Shown here: piece by piece, positions 48,114-61,195 of the stretch
How positions within the stretch are numbered: position 1 is the first letter of the stretch
Layout: each line of letters opens with the position of its first letter
Assembly (NCBI RefSeq): GCF_018350175.1
Contig: NC_058368.1
Span: 67,830,001-67,894,000 of the forward strand
Origin: Felis catus
Lineage: Eukaryota
Direction of reading: 5' to 3'
Length of the DNA: 64,000 nucleotides
Notes under the pieces: generated by a model
Told to the model about the DNA's origin: nothing
Seen by the model: only the letters and a program-made list of their open reading frames with translations
Database searches by the model: none
Made by a program: the position numbers and the translations under genes

Positions 48114-49853
48114 AAGATAAGGATATTTTCATTAAGAGTTATAATGTTGACCAAGTATGATAATTTTTAAAAGGCAATATTGGTAGTATATTAGTACAGA
48201 AATATATTTAGTTAGAATAAGTGTAAGGTTGAGAAGAAGTGAAAAATGGGACAGTATGTGGCAAGGTTGAAGGAAAGAGTGTTTGCGCTCTCCCAGAGGC
48301 ATTATGGTGCTCAAGAGTCTTCCGAGGGGTCTCTGAGCATCCTTCTGCCTCCTTCAGTGCTGCTCACTCCTCTCTCCAGCAGATCACAGAAATGCCAAAT
48401 CCATTACCTCTTCCCCCACAGTCCTATCTCTATCCATACCTCTGGTCCTCTGATGCCTTTGGCTCCAGGTTTCTGTTTAGAAGCACAAGAGAGAAATCAA
48501 AGTTGCCATGGTCCAGAGATCTCTCTCCTCAGGTTTTCGGTGAGATCAGATAAACCCAGTGGATTTTTCACACCTTCACCCTGTCACTGACCCAACTTCT
48601 TCTGACCCTGTTTCTATGAGTAGAACCATCTACTCAAAGCAGAAAGAAATCAGATGGAACATGGCTTGACAGCTCAGTTCCATTCAACCAGCCTTTTCAG
48701 GCTCCTATCGGGTATTTCATTCTGCATTTCTTAGAGATGTCATTAAGGTAATGTAAATAAAACATAGGAGATAAGTGGTTAGTAAAGGCAGAGGGTAAGG
48801 AAAGGGAGGGGAGCTTCAGTGTACGTTTTCTAAGAGAGCCATGACACTGGTGATGGGGAATTGAAGGATAAACAAAAGTGCTGAACTCTCAGAAGGGCAG
48901 TTGATTCGAGGAAGTTGGAGGCTATGTTGTGGATGTGTCATAAACATTTAGGATGAGACTGATTATGGGTATGCTCTTCCAAACTGGAGAGATCTCAGAC
49001 TGTAAAAAAGAAGTCAGAGGAGAGAGAGAGAGAGCGAGGGAGGTGGGGGAGGCTGAAAACAGTAATGACCTAGCCTATGGCTTAGATTTGGCCGTTGCTT
49101 GGATAGCGTTTGAGTGTGCACCGTATAAGTATACAGGGCATTTAGAAAGAGGGGTAGTGAAGTTTCCTCTGGGATTTCACTAAGTCCCTTTCTAGCCATC
49201 TTATTATTTTGCAAATTGAATAAACTCTTTCAGGACACCAGAGCTAATTAATACACTTGGTAATCTGCTACTTCATTAAGTGGAACTCCTTAAGGATCCC
49301 TTGAAACTGCAAAATGTGCGTTCTAGGAATCATTTTGTTGCTTTTCAGTAATAATAACACTAGATGTGAGCTGTTGGCCATTTACAGTGTGCTGGGCACT
49401 GTGCTCGGAGCTTTATCTAAGTCTCCTGTATTCTGCACAGCAATCCTGTGGGGACAATTGTCCCCAGCCCATTTCCAAGCCTTGGTCCCCTTATTGGCTG
49501 CCATTTCATATACCGCAGGCATTTCCCTGGCGCCCTCAGCTCATTCTCTATGTAATATTGTAAAATGAAGTGTACTCAAAAATCTGCTCACCGGAAATGT
49601 ATTTTGTCTGCCTGAACCTGAAGGCCATGTAACCAAACCAAAAGTAGATGTAAAAAAAAAAAATAACCCACAGAATACATTTGAAGATATTTAGTCCTGG
49701 TCTCTGAACTTTAAAAGCATTTCCTTTGATGCATTTTGTCAACTTTCAACCCTAGGAAGTATGGAGGTCTCTATTTTCTAGCCTTATCTTTTTATTCAGA
49801 AAATTCATCTTATTATGCTCCTCTTCCCTCTTTTCATTCCGTTTAGCCTCGCT

Positions 49854-50031
49854 TGTAATGGTTATCTATCATTTCTGTTAGGTAAATTGATCCCATTTCC
49901 AAACTTTAATTAGCGTTTTGTTATTGATTAAACTTAGAGGTCCTGTGCTATTCATGGAATTAATGAGAATATTGTGTGTAATGGTTATTTTAAAATGCAA
50001 TTTTATTGATTTCTGATATAAAACCATTACA
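49854..50031. other. Inverted-repeat-bounded, motif-repeating non-coding element (tentatively MER121-like conserved ancient repeat)
   Basis: TGTAATGGTT occurs three times (two direct, one inverted); 16/18 terminal inverted repeat; three ATTGAT sites; family name is from recollection only. Confidence 0.5.
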
Positions 50032-50719
50032 TCCGCCAAGAGAGCAACATGTTGGGGGGAAATGATGCCTTCACTAGTTCAAGATTTGTCTGCTAGTTTC
50101 AAGGATTTTCTTTTTGAAATGTCAAAACTAAAAAGGGAAACAAAAATAACATTAACAGACCCACGTAGGAAATTATATTATTTGAAGATGTCAAATTGGA
50201 AGATGGAACATGTTTTTTGCAGACTTCCCTGCTTCCTGAAAATAGCAATGAATAACAGAGACAATCTTTAATGCCATCTTTGAGCTTTTGCTTGATAAAA
50301 AGAACTGCTGTATAGCTTCGAAGGTTTTTTTTTTTTTAAACCCTTTGCAGAAATAGTTTATCCTTTCCAGAGCATCTTCTTGTCTCCGTGCATAAGTGCA
50401 CTCCCAGTGGCATGCTTAATCCATCTCCACAGCCCTACATATCTTCAAGTGTGTGCATAAATTCTGTCAGGAAGGAACTACGACCTCGTTGTGAGTAACT
50501 GCAGGCAGCACTGTGCGTGGGGCTCTATTGCCTGATGTAAAACATGGCCTGGATGATCACTCTCTACTTTGTTAAGGTGATAAGGTTCACTGGGACCTCC
50601 TCGCCATTGTGGTCACCATCACTGAGGATTTGTTGTAGAGCCAGTGCCCGAAAAGCATCACTCTCCGTACAAGGTCATCCACACCCCCACCACTACAGGT
50701 GTTCCCAACAGGCTTAAAG

Positions 50720-50880
50720 TCGTTTAACCCCTCTCTGCCTCAGTTTCCTCCTTGGCCAAATGGGGGCATTATTGTATCTCAACCATAAATTCACGACGTG
50801 ATGAGATGAAGTAGAGCTCTGGAAACATCTCAAGAAGTGTGCGGCAAATAGTAAAATATGCTCTCAGTAAATGTTAGTTT
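50720..50880 (+). mobile_element. MIR relic
   Basis: ttaacccctctctgcctcagtttcctcc...aaatgggg...ctctcagtaaatgttag. Confidence 0.6.
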
Positions 50881-51291
50881 AAAGCAATTTTTTATCCTTG
50901 GGTCTTCAGAATAGGCTTGAGTTCATCAATCTCAGGAACCACATGATTTCTTTCTATTTTCGATCTGCTTTTACTTGTGTGCTTTTTCCTGAAGTAGAAG
51001 GCATAATTTGGTACTCTTCTAGTATGTTCCTGAGAGCACAGATGTGAGTGAAAGTGAAGAGTGATTTAGTATGAAGTGTCACCCTGGGTCAGCATGTTAA
51101 CTGCGTCCTCTCTGCAATGCCTGTAAAGGTGAGGCAGCCACCACTGGTGGCCCACAGAATTGTTAGATTCAGCCTCCTATTCAGATCTCTCCTCTTATCA
51201 GGTCTCTGCTGTCCTTGTTACTTTAGTTTCTCAGCTGCTTTGTCCGTCTTGGTCTCACCTCTTTGGATTATGACCCATGTCTGTTGTATTT

Positions 51292-51519
51292 TTTTTATTA
51301 TTAAAAAATTTTTTAATGCTTATTTATTTTTGAGAGAGAGGGAGAGAGAGTGAGCATGAGCAGGGTAGGGGCAGAGAGAGGGAGACACAGAGTCTGAAGC
51401 AGGCTCCAAGCTCTGAGCTGTCAGCACAGAGCCTGAGGCGGGGCTCGAACTCACAGACCGTGAGATCATGACCTGAGCCGCAGTGAGTCACTTAACGGAC
51501 TGAGCGACCCAGGTGCCCC
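51292..51519 (-). mobile_element. SINEC
   Basis: SINEC body; TSD atgtctgttgt(a/g)ttt at 51277-51291 and 51520-51534. Confidence 0.95.
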
Positions 51520-51948
51520 ATGTCTGTTGTGTTTCTGATTGGCATCTCCTTAAATGCTTCCCCTCAGAAGGTCCCCTCCGCTCTCTACTATCTGGAAGGT
51601 AAATCAGACAGGAAAGGAAAAGGTGCTGTGTTGACCAGAATCCTCACAACAGCCCTATGACTATAGGGATTTATTACCCTCTTGTGCAGTTGATGCTAAA
51701 CAGCATAGAGAGAATAAATAACCTCCCGAGGCCACAGGATTGATTAATGATTTTCTGGGTCTTGAGGACCATGTTGACGGTGGTTGCTGGGTGACTTCAG
51801 TAACTGTGTGGGGACTTAGGAAAACAATGGTGTAACTGCTCACCCACAGCATGGTAGTGCCAGTGGGGGGTGGAGAGCTGTCCTAGGCAGGTGGAGATCT
51901 CAGAGGGACCTTTGCAAGAGGATGATGAGTGAAACACAGCTCCACATA

Positions 51949-52390
51949 TGTAGCAGATACAGCTGGCTTCTACCCAGTAAACATGTCTCCTTCTTTCTTT
52001 GTTTTAGGATCCCAATATTTAGCTACCCCTGTTCCTGTGTGATACAGTCACCTTTTCCCAGCCTTCCTTGCGGCTAGGAGTGGCCATGTAACGACTCTGG
52101 TTGGTGGGTTGTGAATTAAGTGTTGGTGAGGCTTTTGAGAATCCTGCGTCCTCAGAAGGATGCTTTTTTCTGTTCTGACTTCCCTTCTCCTGGCCTACAC
52201 CTCAGACAGGATGACCTTGAGGGCTGAAGCCATGCCTTAGCAGATTGGTTCCCTGGTGACACCATGAAGCTGTCACACCAGACCTGCACTGCCTCTCTGG
52301 CTACATTATGTAAGAAACTTCTGTCTATTTTACCAACGAATGTGCACCAAAAACACAGTTCAGTCTGTGTTAAGTCTACAGTTAAGCAAA
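51949..52390 (+). mobile_element. Old MaLR LTR (MLT1J-like)
   Basis: tgtagcaga start; ttcccagccttccttgcggctaggagtggccatgtaac...gttccctggtgacaccatgaagctg. Confidence 0.65.
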
Positions 52391-53780
52391 ATAGCATTTA
52401 GAAGAAAACTATAAAAATATAAGATGGGAGAGAAAAGGCATAAAGGACTGTGTAAACAGGTACAAAGGGCCAAAACAAACACCAGAAAATCTGCTCGGGG
52501 GCCCAGTGACCTGAGGAAAGGACAGGGGAGCTCTTGGTGTTCAGGAATCCAAGGTATAAGGATAGGTGAGCTGGTTTTTTGTTATCACCACTGGGTCCAA
52601 GATGCAGGAATCAAGTGTGAGTTAGTGGCTCACTCGTTCATTGTCCGACCCCCTTCAGTTGTGAGGCCACTGAGAGTGATAGCATGGCCTTGGCATTGGG
52701 AAGTGCCAGCCACATGTACAAACAACCTATCTTTTGGGCGAAGGGCCATGTAGCTTCTATTTGCTCATTGCTACTAACCACCATTGCAGGGGACACTGGG
52801 AAAATCAAAGCCCAGCTTTCCCACTGTAGCTACTGGGCATCTGGTATGGGTCACGGTGGGGTCCTCTCCAGCCTTATTGTTCATTGCTTCCAAACACTGT
52901 GGGACTAAATTTACTCGTGTTCCACAGGCCTGTTTTCCTTTGGTCACTGCTACAAACCCAAGGTTACTCATCACCCCAAAACTATTATCTTCATGAACCA
53001 AACCTCCACTCTTCTCTCTTTCCTATTCTTTTTTACGTCTCCAGATATTTTCCTGGCTTCTTGATTTGAATTGTAACCTTGCTGGTCCCAAGGATATGGT
53101 CCCCAAGCCTGGTCCCCAAGGCTTTTCCCATAGCCCTTTCAATGGTCAATTGTCAAACTTCTCACAACCTTTGTTTCTCAGGACAAGGACGTGCCTTTCT
53201 TGCTCTGAAATGCAGCTTTCTGACCAGTGTTTCTGCATCATTCTGAGGCTCATGTTGCTGGCTCTATTGTTCTTTCTCCCTGCAACCTCCAAATGGATCT
53301 ATATAATTCATGGAGGACTGGTTCACTGGCAGTTATCTAAGTATGTTTAATAAGTGGGGATAGGAATTTTCTTTGGGTTTTAGGGCTAAAGTACGTCTAA
53401 ATACTAAGAATGTATAAATTAATTTGCTTTATGGAATTAAAAGGAGACCTTAGCAACATGAAATTGTATTCTCCATGTATACAGCTGAACAATTATAGTG
53501 AAGGTGAGATTTTGTATATAGGATATAGATTGCTTTACTTAAAGAAGGAACGACCACAGAAGATCTCTTGATAGTTATATATCCCAATTATATTATTTAT
53601 AAAATTAATTATAAGGTCACTGGCTAAGAATTAGTGGGCTGTTATATAGCCAAGTACCTGGTCAGCATTAATTCATTTTAATAACTATTAGCTATAAAGA
53701 AATGAGAACCATTGAACATATATTGATTTTTTTTGGTTCTGATTTCTGTATCACTTCTGTGTATATCACTTCACTTTTAA

Positions 53781-53993
53781 TATTTTCAATGTTTATTTTT
53801 TGAGAGAAAGAGAGAGAGAGACAGAGAGCAAATGGGGGAGGGGCAGAGAGAGACACACACAGAGAACCTGAAGCAGTCTATAGGCTCGGAGCTGTCAGCA
53901 CAGAGCCTAATGTGGGGCTCGAACCCACAAACCGCGAGATCATGACTGGAGCCGAAGTTGGACGCTTAACTGACTGAGCTAACCAGGTGCCCC
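53781..53993 (-). mobile_element. SINEC
   Basis: gagctgtcagcacagagcc...gggctcgaacccacaaaccgcgagatcatga...ccaggtgcccc. Confidence 0.94.
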
Positions 53994-55450
53994 AAGTTTT
54001 AATTTTAGAAGTTAAACTATAACTTCTTCCAAGACAAGGCTGAGGCTTTTGCAAATCATACTATGGTTTATTTTAGAATTTGACCAGAAAGTAGAAGGTA
54101 GGCCTACCAAAGATACAACCCATTGACAATCTCATTCATATTTGGTAAGAAAAACCTAGGAATGCCTTTTAGCCAGTGTCAAAGTCAAAAGACATGCAGA
54201 TTCTGGTTTCATGTGATTGTTTGAATAGTTTGCTAGCAGCCCAAATGCATATAAGATTAAAATTAAACTTTCTCCAGAATAACAGCCTTCTATGCCTTCT
54301 ATGCCCTTCCAGGAGTGAAAAAAATATTTCTGACACTGATAATGAATTACATCCATGTGTTCAAGTCTCCAAATAAGAAGTACAGACCATACTTAGTTCC
54401 ATACTCTCTGTATGACTGTAACTTTCATTCATTCCTAGCCTCGTCCCCCCTTCCCCTTGTTGTGTGTGTTCTAGTGCTACCCAGGGACTGATCAGGACAA
54501 AGCCTAGGCCAGAAAACTTACAGCTATGAGTTCATGGCAGGTGGCCATGGTATTCTGCCTGGTTATCTCTGAGATTAGAGACACAGTTGATAAATGCCAG
54601 CCTGCCAAGTATTTATTACCACATCCCAGCTGTGCATGGGGCTGGGTGTACATCCCTCAGACGGCTGTTTGCAGACGCACCTGTGTCACTCTGAGCTCTG
54701 GCATGCCTCAGAATTTCTGATGATGGTGGCTGAATAGATGGAGCTATTTGGGGCCTGATGTAAGGGACAAAACTCCTTGCCTAAAAGGAAGCTTGGCCTG
54801 CAAAATGGCATCATCAGAAATTCAGATGAGAGCATATCTGCTTTCCAATTAGTTTCCATTTCAAATTTGTAAATCCCTCTCATGGTGGAAGCTATCCTAG
54901 ATTAGGCTGGTTGGAATAATGATATCTTTACACCCCAGGTTTCTGTGACTAATATTGGTCTTTACTTGTGAAGTCCATGGGAAATTCAACAAAATAGAAA
55001 AATTTAGAAATTCATGTAGAAAGTGAAAGTCCATCGTTTTTATGGAGAGTTGTGTTTGGTGCCATTGCATGAATGATGCTACATTAATTTTTAATTCCTG
55101 TTGCATAGTATCTCTTCCAGTGCTCAAGGTACACAGCTCTATGAACCATATAATATGTTGGTTAACACCATTCTTAGAGTGTAAACTTCAGATATGACTG
55201 GAAAGATACTAAATAATGAGCTGATGACTCTCTAGATCACCTGCTTTTATAGCCCTCTGCAAGCACCATGTGGAAACTACATGAATGCATTTTCATGAAA
55301 TTGATGAGGGTGGATATTTAATACTTCCTAGCAAATAAGAGTAGCAAAGTTTCATTGTAAAATAGATTTCCCTCTATATATTTGTCGAGTTCATTCAGTG
55401 TAAATGCACTGAAAAATACTTCTATGTATACGTATGCAGACATACACATC

Positions 55451-55458
55451 TGCGCGCG

Positions 55459-55490
<32 letters not shown>

Positions 55491-55493
55491 CAC
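55451..55493. repeat. (GC)n(CA)n microsatellite
   Basis: Directly visible. Confidence 0.93.
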
Positions 55494-55618
55494 TGATACA
55501 TTGCAGTGGCTATAAAAGATTTCATTCCTAAATACTGCTTTTAATGTCTTTTAAAAAATGAATTGATCTGGCACCAATGGGACTTGTTATAACGAATTAC
55601 ACCAGAGAACTGTATTTT

Positions 55619-55856
55619 ATTTTATTTTTTGAAGTTTATTTATTTATTTTGAGAGAGAGTGAGAGAGGAGAGAGAAAATGCACGCATGCACACATGAATT
55701 GGGGAGGAGCAGAGAGGAAGGAGGGAGAGAATCCGAAGTAGGCTCTATGCTGACAGTGTAGCCCAACACGGAGCTCGAGCCCATGAACCCTGAGATCTAG
55801 ACCTGAACTGAAATCAAGAGTTGGCCACTTAACTGACTGAGCCACCCAAGCACCCC
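55619..55856 (-). mobile_element. SINEC
   Basis: SINEC body ending actgagccacccaagcacccc; degenerate TSD gagaactg...atttta. Confidence 0.93.
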
Positions 55857-58800
55857 GAGAACTGCCATTTTAATGCCTTGATACCATCTGAAATAATTCA
55901 AGGGGGTGAAAGGGAATTATATTTTCCTTATTCAGGTATTCCTCACATCCATTTGGATTTCCTGACAAAAGGATTTAATGCTTTCTAGCTACTATCCTCT
56001 GTGCAAGCTACTTCCTCTTCTTGTGACCGTAGTGATTTCATCAAATGCCTCAGTCCTTGTTTCCTACCCTAAGCATCCACAGCCATTAACACTGCGGTCC
56101 CGTCGCAAAATGATATTGCATATCATATCCTCCAGCCCCTGGTGCTGTGGCATCTTGCTGTCCACGCTGTGACAAGCTGTACTTCAAGATCTCTGATAGA
56201 ACCCTAAGATAGGGGAGCACTCCCCTCCAGCTACAGAGCCTCCTCCTGGGATTCCCCAAGAGGCGGACAGCTTTCTTTCCATCATGTCCACGGTCCCAGA
56301 CTCTCTGAAGGAATTCTCACTTCTCAAAATTTTAGGATCCCATCTCCAAACCAGTTTTCAAAAGCAGGAAGTAATGGACATTGGGAATTAAGGAAGTGAT
56401 AAATGTAAGCCAAAATATTTCTATTTCCTAGCATTCTCATGTTGGTAAACTTTCTGAGGTTGAATGGCCTTCACCTGACTTGTGGTTACCGGGAAGAGAA
56501 GGGTTTTTTCTTATAACCTTCCTGGGGGCCAGTTCTCTGCTAGCCACTGTTAGGTCACAGTTGGGTGGGCTTTGGCATGGCGTGGCATGTCCTGAGTTGT
56601 GATCTTGTGTCCCTAGGGCATTCAGCAATTTCCCCTGCTCAGGCACTGTAGCCTTAGCAGAAGTTAAGGAAAGCAGATGTCTTTCTATATTTTTTCATTC
56701 TGTGACATCAACTTCATCATCTGTTTATGTCATCATCATTATTATGGTTGCTATCATTTCTATTTTTATTATTATGGTTCTTATTTGGATGGCAAGATAA
56801 ACTTCCGGCCCTTGGGATTATACAAACCTTACAGCATCAATTGTCAGCAGGTCCTGTCTCCAGCACTCACCCCACTACAAACTTGGCCTGCCACACCTCT
56901 GGGGTCGGGTCAGCAGCGTCCAGCCGAGTGATTGCACCATGGCCTCAATTCTCAGCCTGCTCGTTTGTGTTTGCATAAACAGATGTGCAGCAGGCTGGGT
57001 GACTTCCTGGCTAGTACTTTGCAGGACTGAATTAGATGCTCCTGTTTTTAGAGAACAGAATGTTGTATCGTTTAAATGTCTTTTTAGATTGCGAGAATGT
57101 CGAAACTCTTTACATATATTGTTTTCTATTATTTTATTAGATACTTTCTTACTCCAAAAATCTTTATTTTTTCTCCTCTAGGAAAAAAAAAAGGTAATAA
57201 AAAGGATGCTATTTTCTGGTGGAAGTATGGCACCATAGGTGGCTGTCTTTATATTGTGTTTGTGGGAAACTTAAAATTTTACATTCAGGTTGCATGGAAC
57301 TCACCTAAATGTCTACACAGTGCAGTGATATACTGCTGCTTTTCTTCCACTTACCCTCTTTTTGTGAAGAAAACACAAAGCCTTTTATAGATATTAACTC
57401 TCAACAACCCCAGAAGACAAGATAAATGGCAGCCTGAAAGAAAGTTACACGATGGATAGACCATTTTCTTGACATCATAGAGTACACCAAGAGCAAGAAA
57501 GGTCTGCTAATTTTGCTATTTCTCAAACGAGAGTATTTCCTGATTAGGATGATTCTACCAATTTGGATGTACTCTTCTAACTGAAAAACTTACATCAAAA
57601 GGAACTTTTATCTGACTGGTCAATTGCTGCCAGGCACACTAATAGGAAAATATCTCTAGGGTAAAAATTAAAAGAAAGCTTTTTGTAGAATATTAAAAAT
57701 ATTATAAAAGAAATACTGGCATCCGTTTTGATGCCTGGGCATTGTGGCAGTGCATGTAAGAAAACATGATTTCTTGATATATCATTATACATGCTAGGCA
57801 CATGGTAGGTACTCAAGATATATGTCATTGCTTTGAACATTTCTATGAAAGCCTATTGCCATTGTGGACTGTTTGCCTGTGGTTTAAAAGCTGAAGTCTT
57901 ATTTAACTTATTTTCTTCAAAAGATACATATTATCAGGATATGATCACTCACAGTGCACATCTCTTTCAATAACAATATCTTTACAAAATTTGAGAAAAT
58001 TAGAAAGTTCTTTGAATCCGTTTATAGATCTAGTTCACATGTATTCAAGTTATATAAACGTAGTCAATTCTATTTTGTCAAAGAAAAACAAAATACACTC
58101 AGGGTTGAAAGCATGCCTCAAAGGCCAAGTTACTTTCTAGAGTTCAGATTATTTTATTCTCTTGATACAATTTTGGGGGGCGAACAGGGCAAGAAGTTTG
58201 GAAGTAGGGGGACCGGGGTGGAGTGTGTTGAAAAATAGATGTGATACAGGTTTGCTATTTCAGTGGTGAAGAATTCTATTACTGAACACGGCAAACTCAC
58301 ATGTTCAAATAATAGTATTTCATTTTTCATTGCTCTATATAGTAAGTGACTAGATTAACTATTGAAAATATATCTTCTTTCTCCAGAATCCAAAGAGAGA
58401 AGAAAATTTCACCAGCTAAATTTATTAACTTGCACTGCTAAAGCAGATGGTATGATAGGAAAATATTGATTTTCCTATACTGACAGAGCAGCTGATAACT
58501 TATTTTTGGTTTGACTTAATGTATAAACTGTGAGTTAGGTCAAGGGATTTTTATGCTATTTTGTACTGGCTTATCTTGGACTTTACAAATCCAAATATTG
58601 ACTTTTCAAGGGGAAAAAACTTAATTTAGCCCAGTGGAGTTTTCATAAGACAGCCACAGATTTTCCTTAAAATTTGGCCCCCTTGTACAAGTACTTGTCA
58701 TCTATTTCCCATCACGTCACCACAAACAGGGCACCATTCAGTACTGGCGTACTGGAGTGTAAACCATTTGCTTCGTCCACCCCTAAAGATTCTGCATTCT

Positions 58801-59239
58801 GCTTCTGGGGGGTCTCCTTTTTTTTCTGTCTGTGATAATGGCAGTTGAGGTGAAGACCAAGGTAAGTGAAAATGAATGTTCCTACTCTGTGGCTTATAAC
58901 TGACTCCTGCCTCAGGGGAGGAGTCTGAATAGTTTTGATGTCTGAATAGTGAATCTCAGTGTGCGTCTGTCTCACACACAAGCAGTGCCCCTCTACAAAA
59001 GAAGAGAAAATGGAAAATCCCTGGAATCACTTTTGTATGGGGTCCTAATACCTATGTGTTTCATTTTCAGAGATAAGCAAAATACATTAACTTTTGCAAG
59101 TGGATCCCGAATGCTAAGTTTGGGTGTTTTGATGATGGGATAGTATTATAGAGTATATGTGTCATAAACCCCCATGTCCTTATTTCACCCATTACACCTG
59201 CTTTCGTTAGTGAGGTTCTTTTGCTCTCTGTTATTATGA

Positions 59240-59950
59240 ATTTTTTTAAACCATATAAAAACCTTGTAAAAATATCCTTAAATGCCCACTTTAAGGGAAA
59301 AGAAAGAACACAAATACAGTTGAAGATCCCTGCTCATCCTCCCAGGTCTTCTGACCTTTCTCCTGGATGCAATCCTAACTTAAGTATGGTGTGATCATTT
59401 TCTGCATATTTGTATACTTTTACTCTGTATGCATGCATATCTAAACCAAAAATGAGATGATTGTTTTGCATACTTAACAAACTTTACATAAAAGGCATGA
59501 GGACACCTGCTATACTTTCACAGTCTGCTTTTTTTTAGCTCACCATTGTGTTTTTGGAGATCGATCACGTGAATGAATATAGATATAGTTTATTTTTATT
59601 GCACTGTACTTCTGCATCGTATGAATTTATCCCATTTTATTTATCCTTCCTCTCATTGATGGGCATTTTGATTTTCTCAATATAGGAAGTTGACAAAGTC
59701 TACATTACCATGTGCACACATCTGGGATTTTTCTCTAGGGCATCTACCTATGAGTGGAATTGCTGGGTTGTAGGACATACATGTCTTTAACTTTACTAGA
59801 TATTATTCTCGAATTAATGCTTGCATCAGTGGTGTGTAAGAACTCTAGTTGCTGCATATCCTTACCAGCAGCGAGACTTTAAATTTAAATTTTCATTGTC
59901 AGTCTGGTGCATACAAACAGTGCTTTTCTTCAGTGAGTCATTTTTTAATA
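59240..59950 (-). mobile_element. Old L1 (L1ME-class) relic, continuing in pieces to ~61330
   Basis: tttatccttcctctcattgatgggcattt...tacctatgagtggaattgctgggttgtagg...catatccttaccagca. Confidence 0.7.
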
Positions 59951-59976
59951 GCCCCCCCCCCCTTTTTTTTGGTGGT

Positions 59977-60332
59977 TGTCTTAGTTCAGGTTGCAATAAC
60001 AAATATACCAGAGGCTGGAAGCCTCATAAACCATGGAGATTTATTTCTCAGAGTTCTGGAGTCTGGACTTCTGAGATCAGGGTGCCACATGCTTCGGTTC
60101 TGATGAGGGTCCTCTTCCAGCTTGCAGAGTGCCAACTGCTGGTATCCTCACTTGATGGGGAGAGAAGGAGGGAGCTCTCTGAGGTCCTTTTAAAGGGCAC
60201 TAATTGTATTCATAAGGACTTCAACCTCATGACCTAATCATTGTCCAAAGGCTCCACTTCCTACTACTATCAAATTGGGTGTTAGGATTTCAATATCTGA
60301 ATTTGGTGGGGAAGCACATTTTGTCCATAACA
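59977..60332 (-). mobile_element. MaLR solo LTR (MLT1A-like), complete
   Basis: TG...CA termini, 356 bp, 5 bp TSD gtggt at 59972-59976 and 60333-60337; typical ctcatgacctaatca motif. Confidence 0.9.
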
Positions 60333-60385
60333 GTGGTAATTCTTATTGTTTTGTAAGAATTCTTTACATATTCTAGGTTCTAATC

Positions 60386-60426
60386 TTTTTTTATTAAAAA
60401 TTTTTAAAAAAATATTTATTTATTTT

Positions 60427-60472
<46 letters not shown>

Positions 60473-60638
60473 AGCAGGGGAGGGACAGAGAGAGAGAGAC
60501 ACACACAGAATCTGAAACAGGCTCCAGGCCCCGAGCTGTCAGCACAGAGCCTGACTTGGGGCTTGAATCCCATGAACTGTGAGATCATGACCTGAGCTAA
60601 AGTCGGACGCTTAACCAACTGAGCCACCCAGGCGCCCC
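60386..60638 (-). mobile_element. SINEC with expanded (GA)n
   Basis: SINEC body; TSD taggttctaatc at 60374-60385 and 60639-60650. Confidence 0.96.
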
Positions 60639-60788
60639 TAGGTTCTAATCCTTCGTTACATATATGGCAAAGATGTTTTTCCTAATCTGTGGCTTCTCTA
60701 TTCATTTTTTAAAAAAAAGTCTTTGATTGAACTGTAATTTTTGTATTTAATTAATGTATTTCAATCTTTTCCTTTTAGTTTATTTTTT

Positions 60789-61010
60789 AAATTAAATTTT
60801 TAAAATTTAATGTTTATTTATTTTGAGAGAGAGATAGAGTGAGTATGAGCAGGGCAGGGACAGAGAGAGAGGGAGACACAGAATCCAAAGCAGGCTCCAG
60901 GCTCTGAGCGGTCAGCACAGAGCCCGATGAAGGGCTTGAACTCACAAGCTGTGAGATCATGACCTGAGCCAAAGTGGGACAGTCAACAGGCTGAGCCACC
61001 CAGGTGCCCC
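60789..61010 (-). mobile_element. SINEC inserted in the tail of the next SINEC
   Basis: TSD agttt(a/c)tttttt at 60777-60788 and 61011-61022. Confidence 0.93.
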
Positions 61011-61022
61011 AGTTTCTTTTTT

Positions 61023-61041
61023 TGTAAGTTTATTTATTTAT

Positions 61042-61080
<39 letters not shown>

Positions 61081-61195
61081 AAATGGGGGAGGGGCATAGA
61101 GAGCCCCACTTAGGGCTTGATGTCACAAACCATGAGATCATGACCTAAGCTGAAACCAAGAGTTGGATGCCTCATCGACCAAGACACCAGGCTCC
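61023..61195 (-). mobile_element. Older SINEC with internal deletion
   Basis: (GA)n, gggcttgatgtcacaaaccatgagatcatgacc...aagagttggatgc. Confidence 0.88.

Noticed and set aside
49977..50031. Pre-miRNA call for the hairpin
   Set aside because: Stem is short, AT-rich and bulged, and matches no miRNA I recognise
52424..53350. Cluster of overlapping 60-110 aa ORFs and a triple tggtccc(c)aag motif
   Set aside because: No recognisable protein or repeat family and no splice support; left unassigned
58730..58867. Candidate 132 nt coding exon ending in a strong AAG|GTAAGT donor
   Set aside because: Stop codons in all three plus-strand frames; a non-coding exon cannot be excluded
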